This document shows, one piece after another, positions 19,923-30,217 of a stretch of DNA of 64,000 bases (within the stretch, counting starts at the first letter, position 1; every line of letters begins with the position of its first letter). The stretch covers positions 32,001 to 96,000 of the forward strand of contig CAWBZI010000002.1 in NCBI GenBank assembly GCA_963793265.1, given 5' to 3'. The position numbers and the translations under genes were made by a program. Below the pieces are notes generated by a model, which was not told the origin of the DNA, did not search any database, and saw nothing but the letters and a program-made list of their open reading frames with translations. This DNA comes from an uncultured cyanobacterium (GTDB lineage: Bacteria; Cyanobacteriota; Cyanobacteriia; Phormidesmidales; Phormidesmidaceae).

Positions 19923-20552
19923 CTAATAAGACAAACTCGGCGTCTTACCTAAATATGTATCCGTGGTTAGCTGCTTTAACAGAAAATCAGCAACATCAGC
20001 CCGTGCAATTTTAAGCGTTGAAGTTTTGTCATCGCCTGGAAAGCCATGTCGATACGATCCCGTTCGAGGGCCATCAACAAAGGCGCTAGGGCGCACAATT
20101 GTCCAATCTAAGTTGCTTTGCTTAACGTAGCGCTCTTGCCGCTGATGGTCGGCAAAGACCTTACGCAAGATGAAGCCAAACATCACGTATTTCCAGTAAA
20201 AGTCGAGATTGCCCCAGCTATCGCCTGCGCCGAGTGTAGATTGGCAGATGAACCGTCGAACGCCGGTTTGCTCCATCGCTTTGATAATTTGCTGGGTTCC
20301 TTCTGAACGGACGGTGCTATTGAGGCTTTTTCCAGACCCGAGAACGCATACAACAGCGTCTTGCCCTTGAATCGCTTGTTCTACGAATGAGAGATTCATA
20401 ACATCTCCTTGAAATAGCATCAGGTTAGGATGTTGGATGTCGAGTTTGGCAGGCGTACGGGCAAAGGCAGTGACGAGATGCCCCTGTTCTAGTGCTTGCT
20501 CTACAACTTTTTTCCCAACGGTTCCAGTTGCACCAAAGATAACGAGTTTCAT
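19923..20552 (-). CDS. NAD(P)H-binding flavin reductase (BVR-B-like atypical SDR)
   Basis: IFGATGTVG, LDWTIVRP, IARADVA. Confidence 0.9.
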   Translation of the reverse strand: MKLVIFGATGTVGKKVVEQALEQGHLVTAFARTPAKLDIQHPNLMLFQGDVMNLSFVEQAIQGQDAVVCVLGSGKSLNSTVRSEGTQQIIKAMEQTGVRRFICQSTLGAGDSWGNLDFYWKYVMFGFILRKVFADHQRQERYVKQSNLDWTIVRPSAFVDGPRTGSYRHGFPGDDKTSTLKIARADVADFLLKQLTTDTYLGKTPSLSY

Positions 20553-20735
20553 TGCGGTTGTCTCCAACGTTTTGACGCTTTCAGCTTATGAAGAGAGCAA
20601 CGCTTTAGCTGTCAACTTCTTGCGGAACTATCACGATCTTGCGCTGGCTTAGCAATTTTTGCTTAGAAGTGCCTCTAAATGCTGTCGTAGCGGTAAACAT
20701 CGAATATATTTAGATAGACAGCGTTGGGCTAGCCC

Positions 20736-21572
20736 ATGGAAAATACGGCTACACAGACAGTTCAAGACCAGGCACCCGTTCAAATTGACCTACTGCAAAG
20801 TCCGGCAGGCGAGGGAAGCTGCCACTTTGAAGGCGAGCATACGCTGTTTATGTCGCTAGCCGTCCGCCCAGTACACTACTGGCATACTCAGGACGGAAAA
20901 ACCCATACGGGCCTGTACCGACGAGGGGAGATATTAATTACCCCGGCAAACACGCCGTTATTCGCGCGGTGGGAGGGAGAGGAAAATTGTTTGCAAATTC
21001 GACTGTCATCTGAATTCATGCGAAATGTTGCGAGGGAAACGGTGGTTGGAGATTGTGATCGCATCACCCTAAAGCCCGAATTCCAAACCCACAATCCCCA
21101 ACTCGAATCTATCAGCACAATGCTGCTAAACGAACTGCAACAAGGCTCACTATCCAACCGCCTTTACGTTGATTCTCTCTCTAATATTCTGGCGGTGAAC
21201 TTGCTCAGGCAGCACGCGACAACAAGACCTCGTTTGCCCGTTTATGAAGGGGGTTTGCCCCCTCGTCAACTACGACAGATCTTAGATTACATTGATGCCC
21301 ATATCGATCGCGAGATCAGACTAGCAAGCCTAGCACAGTTGTCGGGCATGAGTCAATTCCACTTCAGCCGTTTATTCAAACAGTCTTTGGGCGTGTCGCC
21401 CTATCAGTACCTGCTTCAGCAGAGAGTAGAGCGTGCCAAGCAATTGCTAAAAAACACAGATCGACTCATCACCGACATTGCCCTATCCTGCGGCTTTAAT
21501 AGTCACAGTCACTTAAGTAAACAGTTCAAACAGCTAACTGGGATAACACCCAAAGCTTACAGATCTAGCTAG
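20736..21572 (+). CDS. AraC-family regulator
   Basis: C-terminal double HTH: MSQFHFSRLFKQS...GFNSHSHLSKQFKQLTGITP. Confidence 0.92.
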   Translation: MENTATQTVQDQAPVQIDLLQSPAGEGSCHFEGEHTLFMSLAVRPVHYWHTQDGKTHTGLYRRGEILITPANTPLFARWEGEENCLQIRLSSEFMRNVARETVVGDCDRITLKPEFQTHNPQLESISTMLLNELQQGSLSNRLYVDSLSNILAVNLLRQHATTRPRLPVYEGGLPPRQLRQILDYIDAHIDREIRLASLAQLSGMSQFHFSRLFKQSLGVSPYQYLLQQRVERAKQLLKNTDRLITDIALSCGFNSHSHLSKQFKQLTGITPKAYRSS

Positions 21573-21630
21573 TCCTGGCTGATACCTATCCGAATGCTCT
21601 CTATCGTTCCTTTTAGAACTCGTAAATCTC

Positions 21631-22314
21631 TCAAGATTTAATCCCGAGCACAGCTAGGCACATCCGTCTCGACCAGCCAGCACCATAGTCAAAGGCGCTG
21701 ACAGCCTCAAGTCCTGCTGCTTGTAGAAAAAAGACTAGCTGGTTAGCGGTATATCCGCGATTGTGCCAACGCAAAGACATGAGAACTTGACCCAAGCCCT
21801 TGCGAGTCACTGACCCAATCAGCGGGGCATCCGGCTTTAACACTCGAACCATCTCACGCAGCGTTTCTATCGGTTCGGCCATGTGCTCTAAGACATGGGC
21901 AAAAATAACCGCATCAAAGGATTCATCGGCAAAGGGTAAACGTCTAATATTCCCGCCTTTCAAATCGAGAGTCGTGCAGCGATTTTTCAAATTCTGTTGC
22001 GCCTGAGTCAACATAGGGTAAGAAATATCGACGCCAGAGACATGGGCAGGCTGCTCGATGCTGTTTAATAGGGCTAGACTGAAAGCACCTGTACCCACCC
22101 CGCAGTCGAGAATCTTCGACGTATGGTTAATATGATTCAAACAACTGCGTACACTTTTGTCTTTGAACAACAGTTGATAACTGTGGATCTGACCTAAGCG
22201 GACTAAATTGTCCTGCCAGTGAGAGGCGGAGGCATCGTAGCGCGATCTCAAGGTATCAATGCTAGGAGCAGTTTTCCAATAGTCCAACGTTGAGCTAGTT
22301 GTGTTTAATAGCAT
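21631..22314 (-). CDS. Class I SAM-dependent methyltransferase
   Basis: ILDCGVGTG, LPFADESFD, RVLKP. Confidence 0.88.
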   Translation of the reverse strand: MLLNTTSSTLDYWKTAPSIDTLRSRYDASASHWQDNLVRLGQIHSYQLLFKDKSVRSCLNHINHTSKILDCGVGTGAFSLALLNSIEQPAHVSGVDISYPMLTQAQQNLKNRCTTLDLKGGNIRRLPFADESFDAVIFAHVLEHMAEPIETLREMVRVLKPDAPLIGSVTRKGLGQVLMSLRWHNRGYTANQLVFFLQAAGLEAVSAFDYGAGWSRRMCLAVLGIKS

Positions 22315-22474
22315 GGCAAAATCGACCCTCCTATTGCAGAGGGCTATACGCTTCGTGAATTCAACTGATAGAAAGCTGTAGCGACCCCAGTACGCAAATT
22401 TGCAAGTTAGCCGCGTAGGGTCAAATGGATCTGATTAAGACTGTTGGGCAGTGAATATCCTGCTGAGAGTGCTG

Positions 22475-23098
22475 CTATGTGGGCTTTTTGGCTACGATGA
22501 ACACTGCCTTGCCCTTACTCGGTTGCCATTGGTAATCCAGTTCAAATCTGGCCTGGGTCAAGCTGTCTGCCAATTCTTGCGCGGTTAAAACTTGAACAAA
22601 CGGAAGCAAGCCGAGGGCTCGCCCGATGTACGCGATGGGTTTAAACCAGCTCATGGTATCTCCCATACAAACGGTGCTAGTGACAAAGAGGCCGCCCGGT
22701 TTAAGCATTCGATACACCTGTGCGATCGCCTCCTCCTTATTGGGCAATAGGTGTAAAATACTAAGTCCCAACACCGCGTCTAGACTCTGACTAGGAACAT
22801 CAAGATCTTCAATGGCGGCCTGTTCAAATGTGACGTTCTGAACGCGATCAGCTTCTGCTTTGGTTTGGGCGATCGCAATCATATTGGCAGAAAAATCGAT
22901 AGCGCGAATGTGCTTTACATAGGGGGCATGGAGGATGGCCGTTGACCCCGTGCCGCAGCCGATTTCCAGCACTTCCATATCAGGGCGAAAGTAGTCGCGG
23001 GTGACCGCTAGTTTTTTCTGATAAGCGGCTTCATCAGCAATCGGCTGCTTAGCGTATTTCTCTGCGATTTTGTCCCAGAATTTGGTCGATGTAGTCAT
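22475..23098 (-). CDS. Class I SAM-dependent methyltransferase
   Basis: VLEIGCGTG, LKPGG. Confidence 0.9.
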   Translation of the reverse strand: MTTSTKFWDKIAEKYAKQPIADEAAYQKKLAVTRDYFRPDMEVLEIGCGTGSTAILHAPYVKHIRAIDFSANMIAIAQTKAEADRVQNVTFEQAAIEDLDVPSQSLDAVLGLSILHLLPNKEEAIAQVYRMLKPGGLFVTSTVCMGDTMSWFKPIAYIGRALGLLPFVQVLTAQELADSLTQARFELDYQWQPSKGKAVFIVAKKPT

Positions 23099-23102
23099 GG
23101 GT

Positions 23103-23663
23103 TTACCTCTTTGGTAACGTCATGTTGGTTTGTGTTGCTATGGTTTGGTAGAACTGGGTGATGTCGTGGCGCGATCGCAGGTGAAAAACCCGCTTCATGG
23201 CCTCAGCCGTTTTCACATAGTCTCGATACCTTGGCGTTAGTTTGGTATGGCATAGCCAGATAGTGGAGTAGCTTTTCAGTGTGCCTTTCCACAGTGGACT
23301 GTTGTCTGGCCAACCAGCGGGGTGTACCCAAGCCCCTTGAAGAAAGCGTTTGGTTGCCCACCAGTAATGCTGCAACACGGGCATATCGAGATAGACCAAA
23401 GTATCGGCCACGGCCAAACGGTTCCATAGGGTATCCATTGAGCCAAAGCCATCTACGATCCACTGATCCTGTTGTAGGAGCGCATCGTGAGCAGCCTTGA
23501 ACTCAACATGGGGGACTTCGCCACCACCGGGCTGGTACTGCAATGAATCTAGCGGCACCCAGGGTAAGCCAGTGATTTCAGCTAGATTTTTACTGAGAGT
23601 CGACTTTCCTGCGCCCGCATTGCCAAATACAGCTACTTTCTTTATCGGTTTTGTCTTACTCAT
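23103..23663 (-). CDS. Adenylate-kinase-like/FlaR-type P-loop protein
   Basis: GNAGAGKST, WIVDG, ADTLVYLD. Confidence 0.85.
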   Translation of the reverse strand: MSKTKPIKKVAVFGNAGAGKSTLSKNLAEITGLPWVPLDSLQYQPGGGEVPHVEFKAAHDALLQQDQWIVDGFGSMDTLWNRLAVADTLVYLDMPVLQHYWWATKRFLQGAWVHPAGWPDNSPLWKGTLKSYSTIWLCHTKLTPRYRDYVKTAEAMKRVFHLRSRHDITQFYQTIATQTNMTLPKR

Positions 23664-23691
23664 GGCACTTAGGTGACGCTTACTTCAGCTT

Positions 23692-24126
23692 TTATGATGA
23701 TACTTCCTGACTTATTGAATGCCTTTTTGAAGATGGATTTCGCCACTGCCATGCCGACCAGATGATAAATAACAAAGCTGCCATTTCTATAACCATATGA
23801 AAGGTATCATCCAAGTCGGTTGTACCATTGTTGATCTCAAACGCGAGGGTAGTCATAGCGGCAATGATGTTAGCCCAACGATTAGAACTGTAGGGTAGCA
23901 GCCGAGAAAGGAGCACCATAGAAATTGGTACTTCGGCAACGAAACCACCCAACAGCAACAGATGCTCTGTAATTTGAATTCCGTTGAATGTTCCGGTCAT
24001 GACCTGTTCAATAAATCCAGGTTCAATAAATTCGTGGATATCTCGAAAGATGACGTTGAATAGATAAAATATCCATAGGGTAGACAGCTTGACTTTCATC
24101 TCTAGCGCTTGCTTGTGTAGATTCAT
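23692..24126 (-). CDS. DUF6326-like small membrane protein
   Basis: KLSTLWIF...RDIHE...PISMVLLSRLL...NRWANI; AGGAGA RBS before the ATG at 24126. Confidence 0.75.
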   Translation of the reverse strand: MNLHKQALEMKVKLSTLWIFYLFNVIFRDIHEFIEPGFIEQVMTGTFNGIQITEHLLLLGGFVAEVPISMVLLSRLLPYSSNRWANIIAAMTTLAFEINNGTTDLDDTFHMVIEMAALLFIIWSAWQWRNPSSKRHSISQEVSS

Positions 24127-24225
24127 CGTTCTCTCCTTCAATTTCGTTAGGATGGCTCCGTCTGACTGATTGCTGGATGCTTGGGTTAACAACTCAAAAG
24201 TACAAATGGAGGTGGGGAGCCGTAG

Positions 24226-24241
24226 TCCCCACATGTGGGGA
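24226..24241. promoter_or_regulatory. Perfect 16-bp palindrome, candidate operator of the MalT-like regulator
   Basis: TCCCCACATGTGGGGA lies between the regulator stop and the downstream operon. Confidence 0.6.
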
Positions 24242-24274
24242 TTGAACCTGGGGATTTGATGTGAGGATAAGCCC

Positions 24275-27055
24275 TCAAATTAGCCCTAGCTCTGCGGCTC
24301 GTTTCACCGCAGCCCGACGATTAGTAACATCGAGTTTGCTGTAAATGCGCTTGGTGTGGGTACGCACGGTACTCAGAGCGACGACCAGTTCACGGGCAAT
24401 CTCCGGGCCAGAAAGTTCGGTGTTGAGTAATTTCAGAACCTCCAGCTCTCGCTGGCTGAGGGGTTCGATCAGCGGTTGGGGCGTCGGCGCGTCGGGCGCT
24501 TTAGGCTGCTGTCCCCAGCTTTCTAATGCAGTTAACAGTCGCTGGGTGTAGGTGGGGGTGATGCCGCGAGTCATCGCCGCTTGCAGCAGTCGCACCATTG
24601 GATGTCCACATTCTGCAAAGATCCGAACATAGCCCTCCGGTTCGGCTAGGGTTAAGGCCCGTTCTATGGATGCGATGGCCGAAGGCTGGTCTTTGACCAT
24701 CGCATCTGGTAAATCCCCACAAGCTTCATAGGCCAGTGCCAGAACCACCAAAATTCTAATAATGCTGCCCGTGCGTTCCTTAGCTTCTGCGGCGGCTAGC
24801 AATCGAGTCAAAAGACCAATGACCCGATGGAGTCTCTCTTCTGGGCCACTTCTATCTAAATTACTTCTATACTGGGCGATCAAGACTCTGGCCAGGGTCA
24901 GGTGTTCATATTCACGTAAATAATCCGGCTCATCGTCTACCGACAAACCGCACCCTTGCATCCAGCCCAGCGCTTCGGTCAATCTTCCCTGCTGCAGCCA
25001 CCATCGCACCTTTAGCGCTTCAACTGGGCGCACGTTTGGAATCGGCGATCGCTGGCGCTTCAACTGTGCAGCCTTATGTAATTGTTCAAGGGCAATGTCT
25101 AAATTTCCTTGGGCCGCTGTTAACTGAGCCTTGACTAGCCACCAAAGATAATCAATTCCCGATACTGATCCCTGCGCTAGCAGGGCCTCACCTTTTTGAA
25201 GCAGTTGACTGGCAGTCGCTAAATCTCCCTGTTCGTAGCGAATTTCACTTAACCCCAAATACAGATCTGCTAGCCCCCGCAGAATCGGCTCAGGCTGTTC
25301 TGCCGCCATTTGTAGAGCCTGCTCACAGGTTTTAACCGTTGCCCGTAGCAATCCCTGAGCCATGCCAATGTTCACAAGACCTAACGTGGCACTCACGACA
25401 ATCTGAATACTGCCCAGCTTTTGAAAGATTTCCAATGCCTCGGCAAAGGATTGGTATGCCGTTGCGACATCGCCGCTAGTCCAGTAGGCTAAACCAAGAA
25501 ATCCTACGGACGCGCCCCGCTCATTATTATCGCCAGGCGGTAACAGCGCCAAGGCTTGCTCGGCGTAGGCGATCGCTCCGGTGAAATCGCCCCGTGCCTG
25601 AGCACAACAGGCACGGGCGTTAGCGATGGCAGCCGATAAAGATCGATACTGCTCTGTTTCTAGGATCGTAACAGGACTCTCGGCCTGGGCTAACGCTTGT
25701 TCGGCGTTCTGCAAGTGGAATTCAACCGCATCGAACTGACCTGTGTTCAATAGCGATAGTGCATAGACCACACTCAAGATGGGCCGAGCCCGAACTAGCG
25801 GATCGGGTAGCACCTTCAGCCAGCCCAGCACCGTGCGCTCCTGCTGGCGATCGCGCATGACAGGCCATACCTGTTCGATCAGACCGGCTGCCCGTTCAAA
25901 TGCTTTAGCCGCCAAGGCGTGACGAATCGCATCAGAGAACAACCCATTCTGTTCGTACCATTTACTGGCCTGTCCGTGCAGGCTAGGCATCTGGTCAGGC
26001 CATTCTTTTAGAGCATAGGCCTGAAGCACATCGGCAAACAGGTGATGATAACGGTACCACTGGCGCTTGTTGTCTAGTGGAATAATGAACAGATTACCCC
26101 GTTCCAGGGTTTCCAGCATGTCCTGACCGTCGTTTTGCCCAATAGTATCGTCACCACAAATAGCCTCACAGAGAGAAGCGCTCAAGCGATCTAAAATAGC
26201 AGTGCGCAACAAAAAGCGACGGACGCGCTTGGGCTGCCGCTGCAAGACTTCTTCTAGCAGGTAGTCCACAATGTAGCGATCGTCTCCCGAAAACGCCGCC
26301 ACAAAATCAGAGATGCTCTCGCGCCCCTGTAGAGATAATGCCGCTAGCTGTAGCCCTGCAATCCAGCCTTCGGTTCGCTGCTCTAGAGCAAGAACGTCTT
26401 TCGCCCTTATCTCTAATCCCATTCCTCGATTTAGAAAAGCAGCGGCTTCATCCGGCGTGAACCGCAGGTCGCTCGCTCTCAGCTCGGTCAACTCTCCGTG
26501 AGATCTTAAGCGCGCCAGAGCTAAGGGCGGGTCAGCGCGGCTAGATATAATCGGATGCACTTGGGGCGGCAAATGGCTGAGCAAAAAGCCGATGCCGTCA
26601 TGAATGGCCTGGGCTTCAATTACATGGTAGTCATCCAAGACCAAGGCAATATCTGCTTCAACGGCCGTCAGCTCGTGGAGCAACAACATCAAGATTGTCT
26701 CAATGTCAGGGGGCTGTGATGATTGTACTAACGAGAGCGATCGCGCACCAAGGCTGGGTTGACTGTTGTTTTGCAGTGCGGTGATTAGATAAGTCCAGAA
26801 AGTAGCCGGAGTGTTGTCACCCCGGTCTAAAGACACCCAGGCAGCGGCCCGTTTAGGAAAGGCTGCAAGCCATTCTGCTAGCAGCGTCGTTTTGCCAAAC
26901 CCCGCTGGGGCCGAGACGAGGGTTAATTTGCGCTGGGCCTGCATACGTTCGATGAGCCGTGGACGCGAGATTCGATCAGCAGACCATTTGGGGAGATAGA
27001 GCTTGGTCTCCAAGAGAGGAAGTTTTGAAGTAATTGGTTTCGCTGAGACGGTCAT
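24275..27055 (-). CDS. MalT-like STAND ATPase/TPR/LuxR regulator
   Basis: APAGFGKTT, LVLDDYH, TEGWIAGLQLAAL, YRYHHLF; C-terminal LSQRELEVL...TVRTHTKRIYSKL. Confidence 0.92.
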   Translation of the reverse strand: MTVSAKPITSKLPLLETKLYLPKWSADRISRPRLIERMQAQRKLTLVSAPAGFGKTTLLAEWLAAFPKRAAAWVSLDRGDNTPATFWTYLITALQNNSQPSLGARSLSLVQSSQPPDIETILMLLLHELTAVEADIALVLDDYHVIEAQAIHDGIGFLLSHLPPQVHPIISSRADPPLALARLRSHGELTELRASDLRFTPDEAAAFLNRGMGLEIRAKDVLALEQRTEGWIAGLQLAALSLQGRESISDFVAAFSGDDRYIVDYLLEEVLQRQPKRVRRFLLRTAILDRLSASLCEAICGDDTIGQNDGQDMLETLERGNLFIIPLDNKRQWYRYHHLFADVLQAYALKEWPDQMPSLHGQASKWYEQNGLFSDAIRHALAAKAFERAAGLIEQVWPVMRDRQQERTVLGWLKVLPDPLVRARPILSVVYALSLLNTGQFDAVEFHLQNAEQALAQAESPVTILETEQYRSLSAAIANARACCAQARGDFTGAIAYAEQALALLPPGDNNERGASVGFLGLAYWTSGDVATAYQSFAEALEIFQKLGSIQIVVSATLGLVNIGMAQGLLRATVKTCEQALQMAAEQPEPILRGLADLYLGLSEIRYEQGDLATASQLLQKGEALLAQGSVSGIDYLWWLVKAQLTAAQGNLDIALEQLHKAAQLKRQRSPIPNVRPVEALKVRWWLQQGRLTEALGWMQGCGLSVDDEPDYLREYEHLTLARVLIAQYRSNLDRSGPEERLHRVIGLLTRLLAAAEAKERTGSIIRILVVLALAYEACGDLPDAMVKDQPSAIASIERALTLAEPEGYVRIFAECGHPMVRLLQAAMTRGITPTYTQRLLTALESWGQQPKAPDAPTPQPLIEPLSQRELEVLKLLNTELSGPEIARELVVALSTVRTHTKRIYSKLDVTNRRAAVKRAAELGLI

Positions 27056-27499
27056 AGATACATTTTGAAGCTTTTTATGGCAGTGATGTCTATTTGTGAA
27101 AGCAAAAAGAGTCTAGAGAAGCCTGAGGGATGGTTGATCGACATCTAGTATCGGCTTTCGCCGCGTTGTACTTAAGACTTTGTTTCAATAATATATCTAG
27201 TCTCAAAAATAGTTGATTGGAGCAGAGTTCATGGGTGCATCACTGACGGGATTTCATACAGTTGAACAAGGCAAGCGAGGAGAGTCTCAACGTCGTTCAG
27301 GCGATCGCTACTTGTATGGTACGAGCGCTGCATCAAATCAGAAAAGTCTAGCGCCTGCGTTTGTCGGGTGAGTTCCTGTAGCCAGTCACCAACCATCACC
27401 GGCCCTTCAGCGTTATGAGCATCTTGCCAGCCCAAAGACTGATTACATTGGCACTCTCCGGCACTTCAGCCGCTTCCTCAAAAGCGACTTCTTATATGA

Positions 27500-27737
27500 A
27501 ATCCGGTTAAATATGACCAGTTAAGCTACCGCATCCGACCACCAGTAGAAATGAGTTAGACCTTGAACAAAGCTAGGTCGGTCAATCAGGATACGGCAAC
27601 GATGAGCTAGCGTGTCTTCTACTTGATCAAGCGACTCAAAGCTCTGGTTGGCAATTGATTCGTTCGCAATTGGCCACAACCGTTCGGCGGGCTGTAGTTC
27701 AGGTGATTTTGGCGGCAAGAACAGGAAGTCGATTGAT
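27500..27737 (-). mobile_element. IS630-family transposase C-terminal remnant
   Basis: FLFLPPKSPELQPAERLW...FYWW. Confidence 0.75.
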
Positions 27738-28415
27738 CTAATAGTGACCGCGTTCTACGACCTCTCTCGCGTGTCGGTAGCGATCGCCTAGTTCTTCTGT
27801 AGATAGGTGGTCTTCTGAGTCATCTAATATCAAAATGTTATCGCAGAGCCTTTCTAGCAAGGGCCAGTCGTGACTAATAACAACCAGGCCAACCTGCCGT
27901 TTCTTAACAAAGTCGAGCACGATTTGCCAGATTAGCGCTTGCGTATTGGCATCGAGCATGGCAGTCATTTCATCGGCAATGATGTACTTTGTGGCGGCAT
28001 TGAGAATGCGGGCGATCGCAACTCGCTGTAGTTCGCCGCCGCTTAGCTCGTGAGGGTAGCGATTCATCCAGTCAGAGTGAATGCCAAAAGCCTCTAGCTG
28101 CACTCGGCTCGGCGAGTAGCCCTCTTTCAAAATTTGACGAATGCGCCAGCGCGGATTCACCGCTAGTTCGGGATGCTGAAATAAAAGCTGCACTGGACAA
28201 TACCCCTTTTTAGGCAGCGATCGCCCATCTATGCTGACCGAGCCTTTACTGGCAGGCAAATAGCCCGCCAGCACCTTACCCAAAGTTGTCTTACCATAGC
28301 CAGAAGGTGCCATCAGGCCCAGAACTTCTCCAGGGGCGATCGCCAAACTTCTATTTTGAACAATCCAGGGGAGTTGCTTGCCATAGCGAAACCATAAGTT
28401 ATTACCCTTCAGCAT
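27738..28415 (-). CDS. Opp/Dpp/Nik-type ABC ATPase
   Basis: APSGYGKTT, LSGGELQR, IIADE. Confidence 0.9.
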   Translation of the reverse strand: MLKGNNLWFRYGKQLPWIVQNRSLAIAPGEVLGLMAPSGYGKTTLGKVLAGYLPASKGSVSIDGRSLPKKGYCPVQLLFQHPELAVNPRWRIRQILKEGYSPSRVQLEAFGIHSDWMNRYPHELSGGELQRVAIARILNAATKYIIADEMTAMLDANTQALIWQIVLDFVKKRQVGLVVISHDWPLLERLCDNILILDDSEDHLSTEELGDRYRHAREVVERGHY

Positions 28416-29331
28416 GAACGCACCTCACCCAGCCATCTCTTAGTTTTCTCAGTGCAGGTCTTTTTTCTGTACACAAATCGCTTACCCAGGCACAGCGATC
28501 GCTAAACAAGCAGCCCTGCGGTAGCTGTTCTGGACTGGGTTGATTTCCTGGTACAGGCACAAACTCATTTTGAGGCAGCGATCGCCAAAGTGCCTGGGTA
28601 TAAGGATGGCGCAAGTTTCCAGCGGAAAAGTCTTGTACCGCTGCAATTTCTACCGTCGTACCGGCATAAAATACCGCAACCCGATCGGCAACGCTTAAGG
28701 CAGCAGCGATGTCGTGCGTAATCAAGATTACACCGCGCCCTTCATCAGCAAGTTCTCTGAGATGAGCGAGCGTTTCTGCTACAACATCAGGATGGAGTCC
28801 AGGCGTGGGTTCGTCGGCAATGACTAATTGGGCAGGTGTCACGACGGCAGTTGAAACCAGCACTCGTCTGGCCATGCCGCCTGACAGCTGAAAAGGGTAG
28901 AGACCAGATGTTTTAGACGACAATCCATAGCGAGTAAATGTTCTTTCTGTCGTTACGCCTGCCTCTGTTTTTGTTTGACCTGCGAGCTGTGCGACTCTTT
29001 GAACCTGTGTCCCTACACTCATCAGCGGATCTAGATAGCCCACCGACTGCGGAATTAGGACAATGGATTTACCGCGTAGCGCTCTGCATCGGCCTGGCGT
29101 TAGCGGCTCTTTTTGAAAGTGCATAGTGCCGCATAGCGTCGCATTCTCGGGTAAAATGCCGAGCAGCGCATGGGCCAGAAGACTTTTTCCCGATCCGCTC
29201 GCGCCGACCACTGCCACAATTTCGCCAGCGGCCACATCTAAGTTTAAATCGGTGATGACCGCAAGCTGCTTGCGCCGCAGTCCCTGGTCATATTGCGTGA
29301 AGGTCACGCTAAGGTTACCAATAGAGAGCAT
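28402..29331 (-). CDS. Opp/Dpp/Nik-type ABC ATPase (DppD-like)
   Basis: GASGSGKS, LSGGMARR, ADEPT, HPYT, GCLFSDRC tail. Confidence 0.92.
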   Translation of the reverse strand: MLSIGNLSVTFTQYDQGLRRKQLAVITDLNLDVAAGEIVAVVGASGSGKSLLAHALLGILPENATLCGTMHFQKEPLTPGRCRALRGKSIVLIPQSVGYLDPLMSVGTQVQRVAQLAGQTKTEAGVTTERTFTRYGLSSKTSGLYPFQLSGGMARRVLVSTAVVTPAQLVIADEPTPGLHPDVVAETLAHLRELADEGRGVILITHDIAAALSVADRVAVFYAGTTVEIAAVQDFSAGNLRHPYTQALWRSLPQNEFVPVPGNQPSPEQLPQGCLFSDRCAWVSDLCTEKRPALRKLRDGWVRCVHAEG

Positions 29332-29332
29332 G

Positions 29333-30217
29333 TTATCCCTGGCTGGTTTTAGGATTGAGGAGCGATCGCAAATTCTCACCCACCCAGTCGAACGTCTTGA
29401 CCGATAGCAGCAACAACACCCCAGGCATCACGCCTAGCCACCAATAGCCGGTTGAGAGATGGCGCATCGATTCGGCCAGGATAATGCCAATGGCAGGCAA
29501 ATGAGGCGATAGGCCAATCCCAATAAAAGAGAGCGCCGCTTCGTGCAAAATAGCATGGGGAAACAACAGAATCAGACCCACCATGAGCTGAGGCAAGATA
29601 TGAGGCACCATATGATGGCGAGCAATCCAAATAGAAGACTTGCCCAATCGACGGGAGAGGTGAATGTAATCAGCGCTGTTTACCTGTAAGACTTCTGCGC
29701 GAATGACACGCGCTAAATTTGTCCAGTGGGTGAGCGCAACAGCTACAATCACACCTTTTGTTCCGCCGCCAACTGCAAACGCAATCAAGATCAGCAAAAC
29801 TAAGTGCGGCAGGCTAAAGAAGACATCTACAATCCAGATAATGACGGCATCTACCCAGCCGCCAAACGTGCCAGCTGCTAAGCCTAGACTGGTGCCAATG
29901 AGGGCGCTAATGCTGGCAGCTAGCAAGCCAACTCTGAGGCTGAGCGAGAGGCCGTAGAGCGATCGCACCAGCATATCGCGCCCCAACCAGTCTGTTCCAA
30001 AAGGATGGCTCCAGGTAGGCGGTTGATTGCGCTGCGTCAGCGCCGTACTGAGTCCTGCATCGCCCAAAAGCCAGGGACTTAGGCTGATAGCAAGAAGGAA
30101 AATTGTGCCTAAAACAATCGCCGCTAGCGTTCGCTGTCGCCTGCTGTTGGGTCGCTGATTCTGGTGTTTTTTCAGTTCGTCTAGCGTATTTGCACTCGCT
30201 TGGGTAGATAGCGTCAT
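29333..30217 (-). CDS. ABC permease (DppC-like)
   Basis: HPFGTDWLGRD, ARVIRAE, HEAALSFIG. Confidence 0.92.
   Translation of the reverse strand: MTLSTQASANTLDELKKHQNQRPNSRRQRTLAAIVLGTIFLLAISLSPWLLGDAGLSTALTQRNQPPTWSHPFGTDWLGRDMLVRSLYGLSLSLRVGLLAASISALIGTSLGLAAGTFGGWVDAVIIWIVDVFFSLPHLVLLILIAFAVGGGTKGVIVAVALTHWTNLARVIRAEVLQVNSADYIHLSRRLGKSSIWIARHHMVPHILPQLMVGLILLFPHAILHEAALSFIGIGLSPHLPAIGIILAESMRHLSTGYWWLGVMPGVLLLLSVKTFDWVGENLRSLLNPKTSQG

Noticed and set aside
27229..27435. 68-aa ORF next to the IS630 remnant
   Set aside because: No recognisable motif, no ATG start or RBS; probably debris
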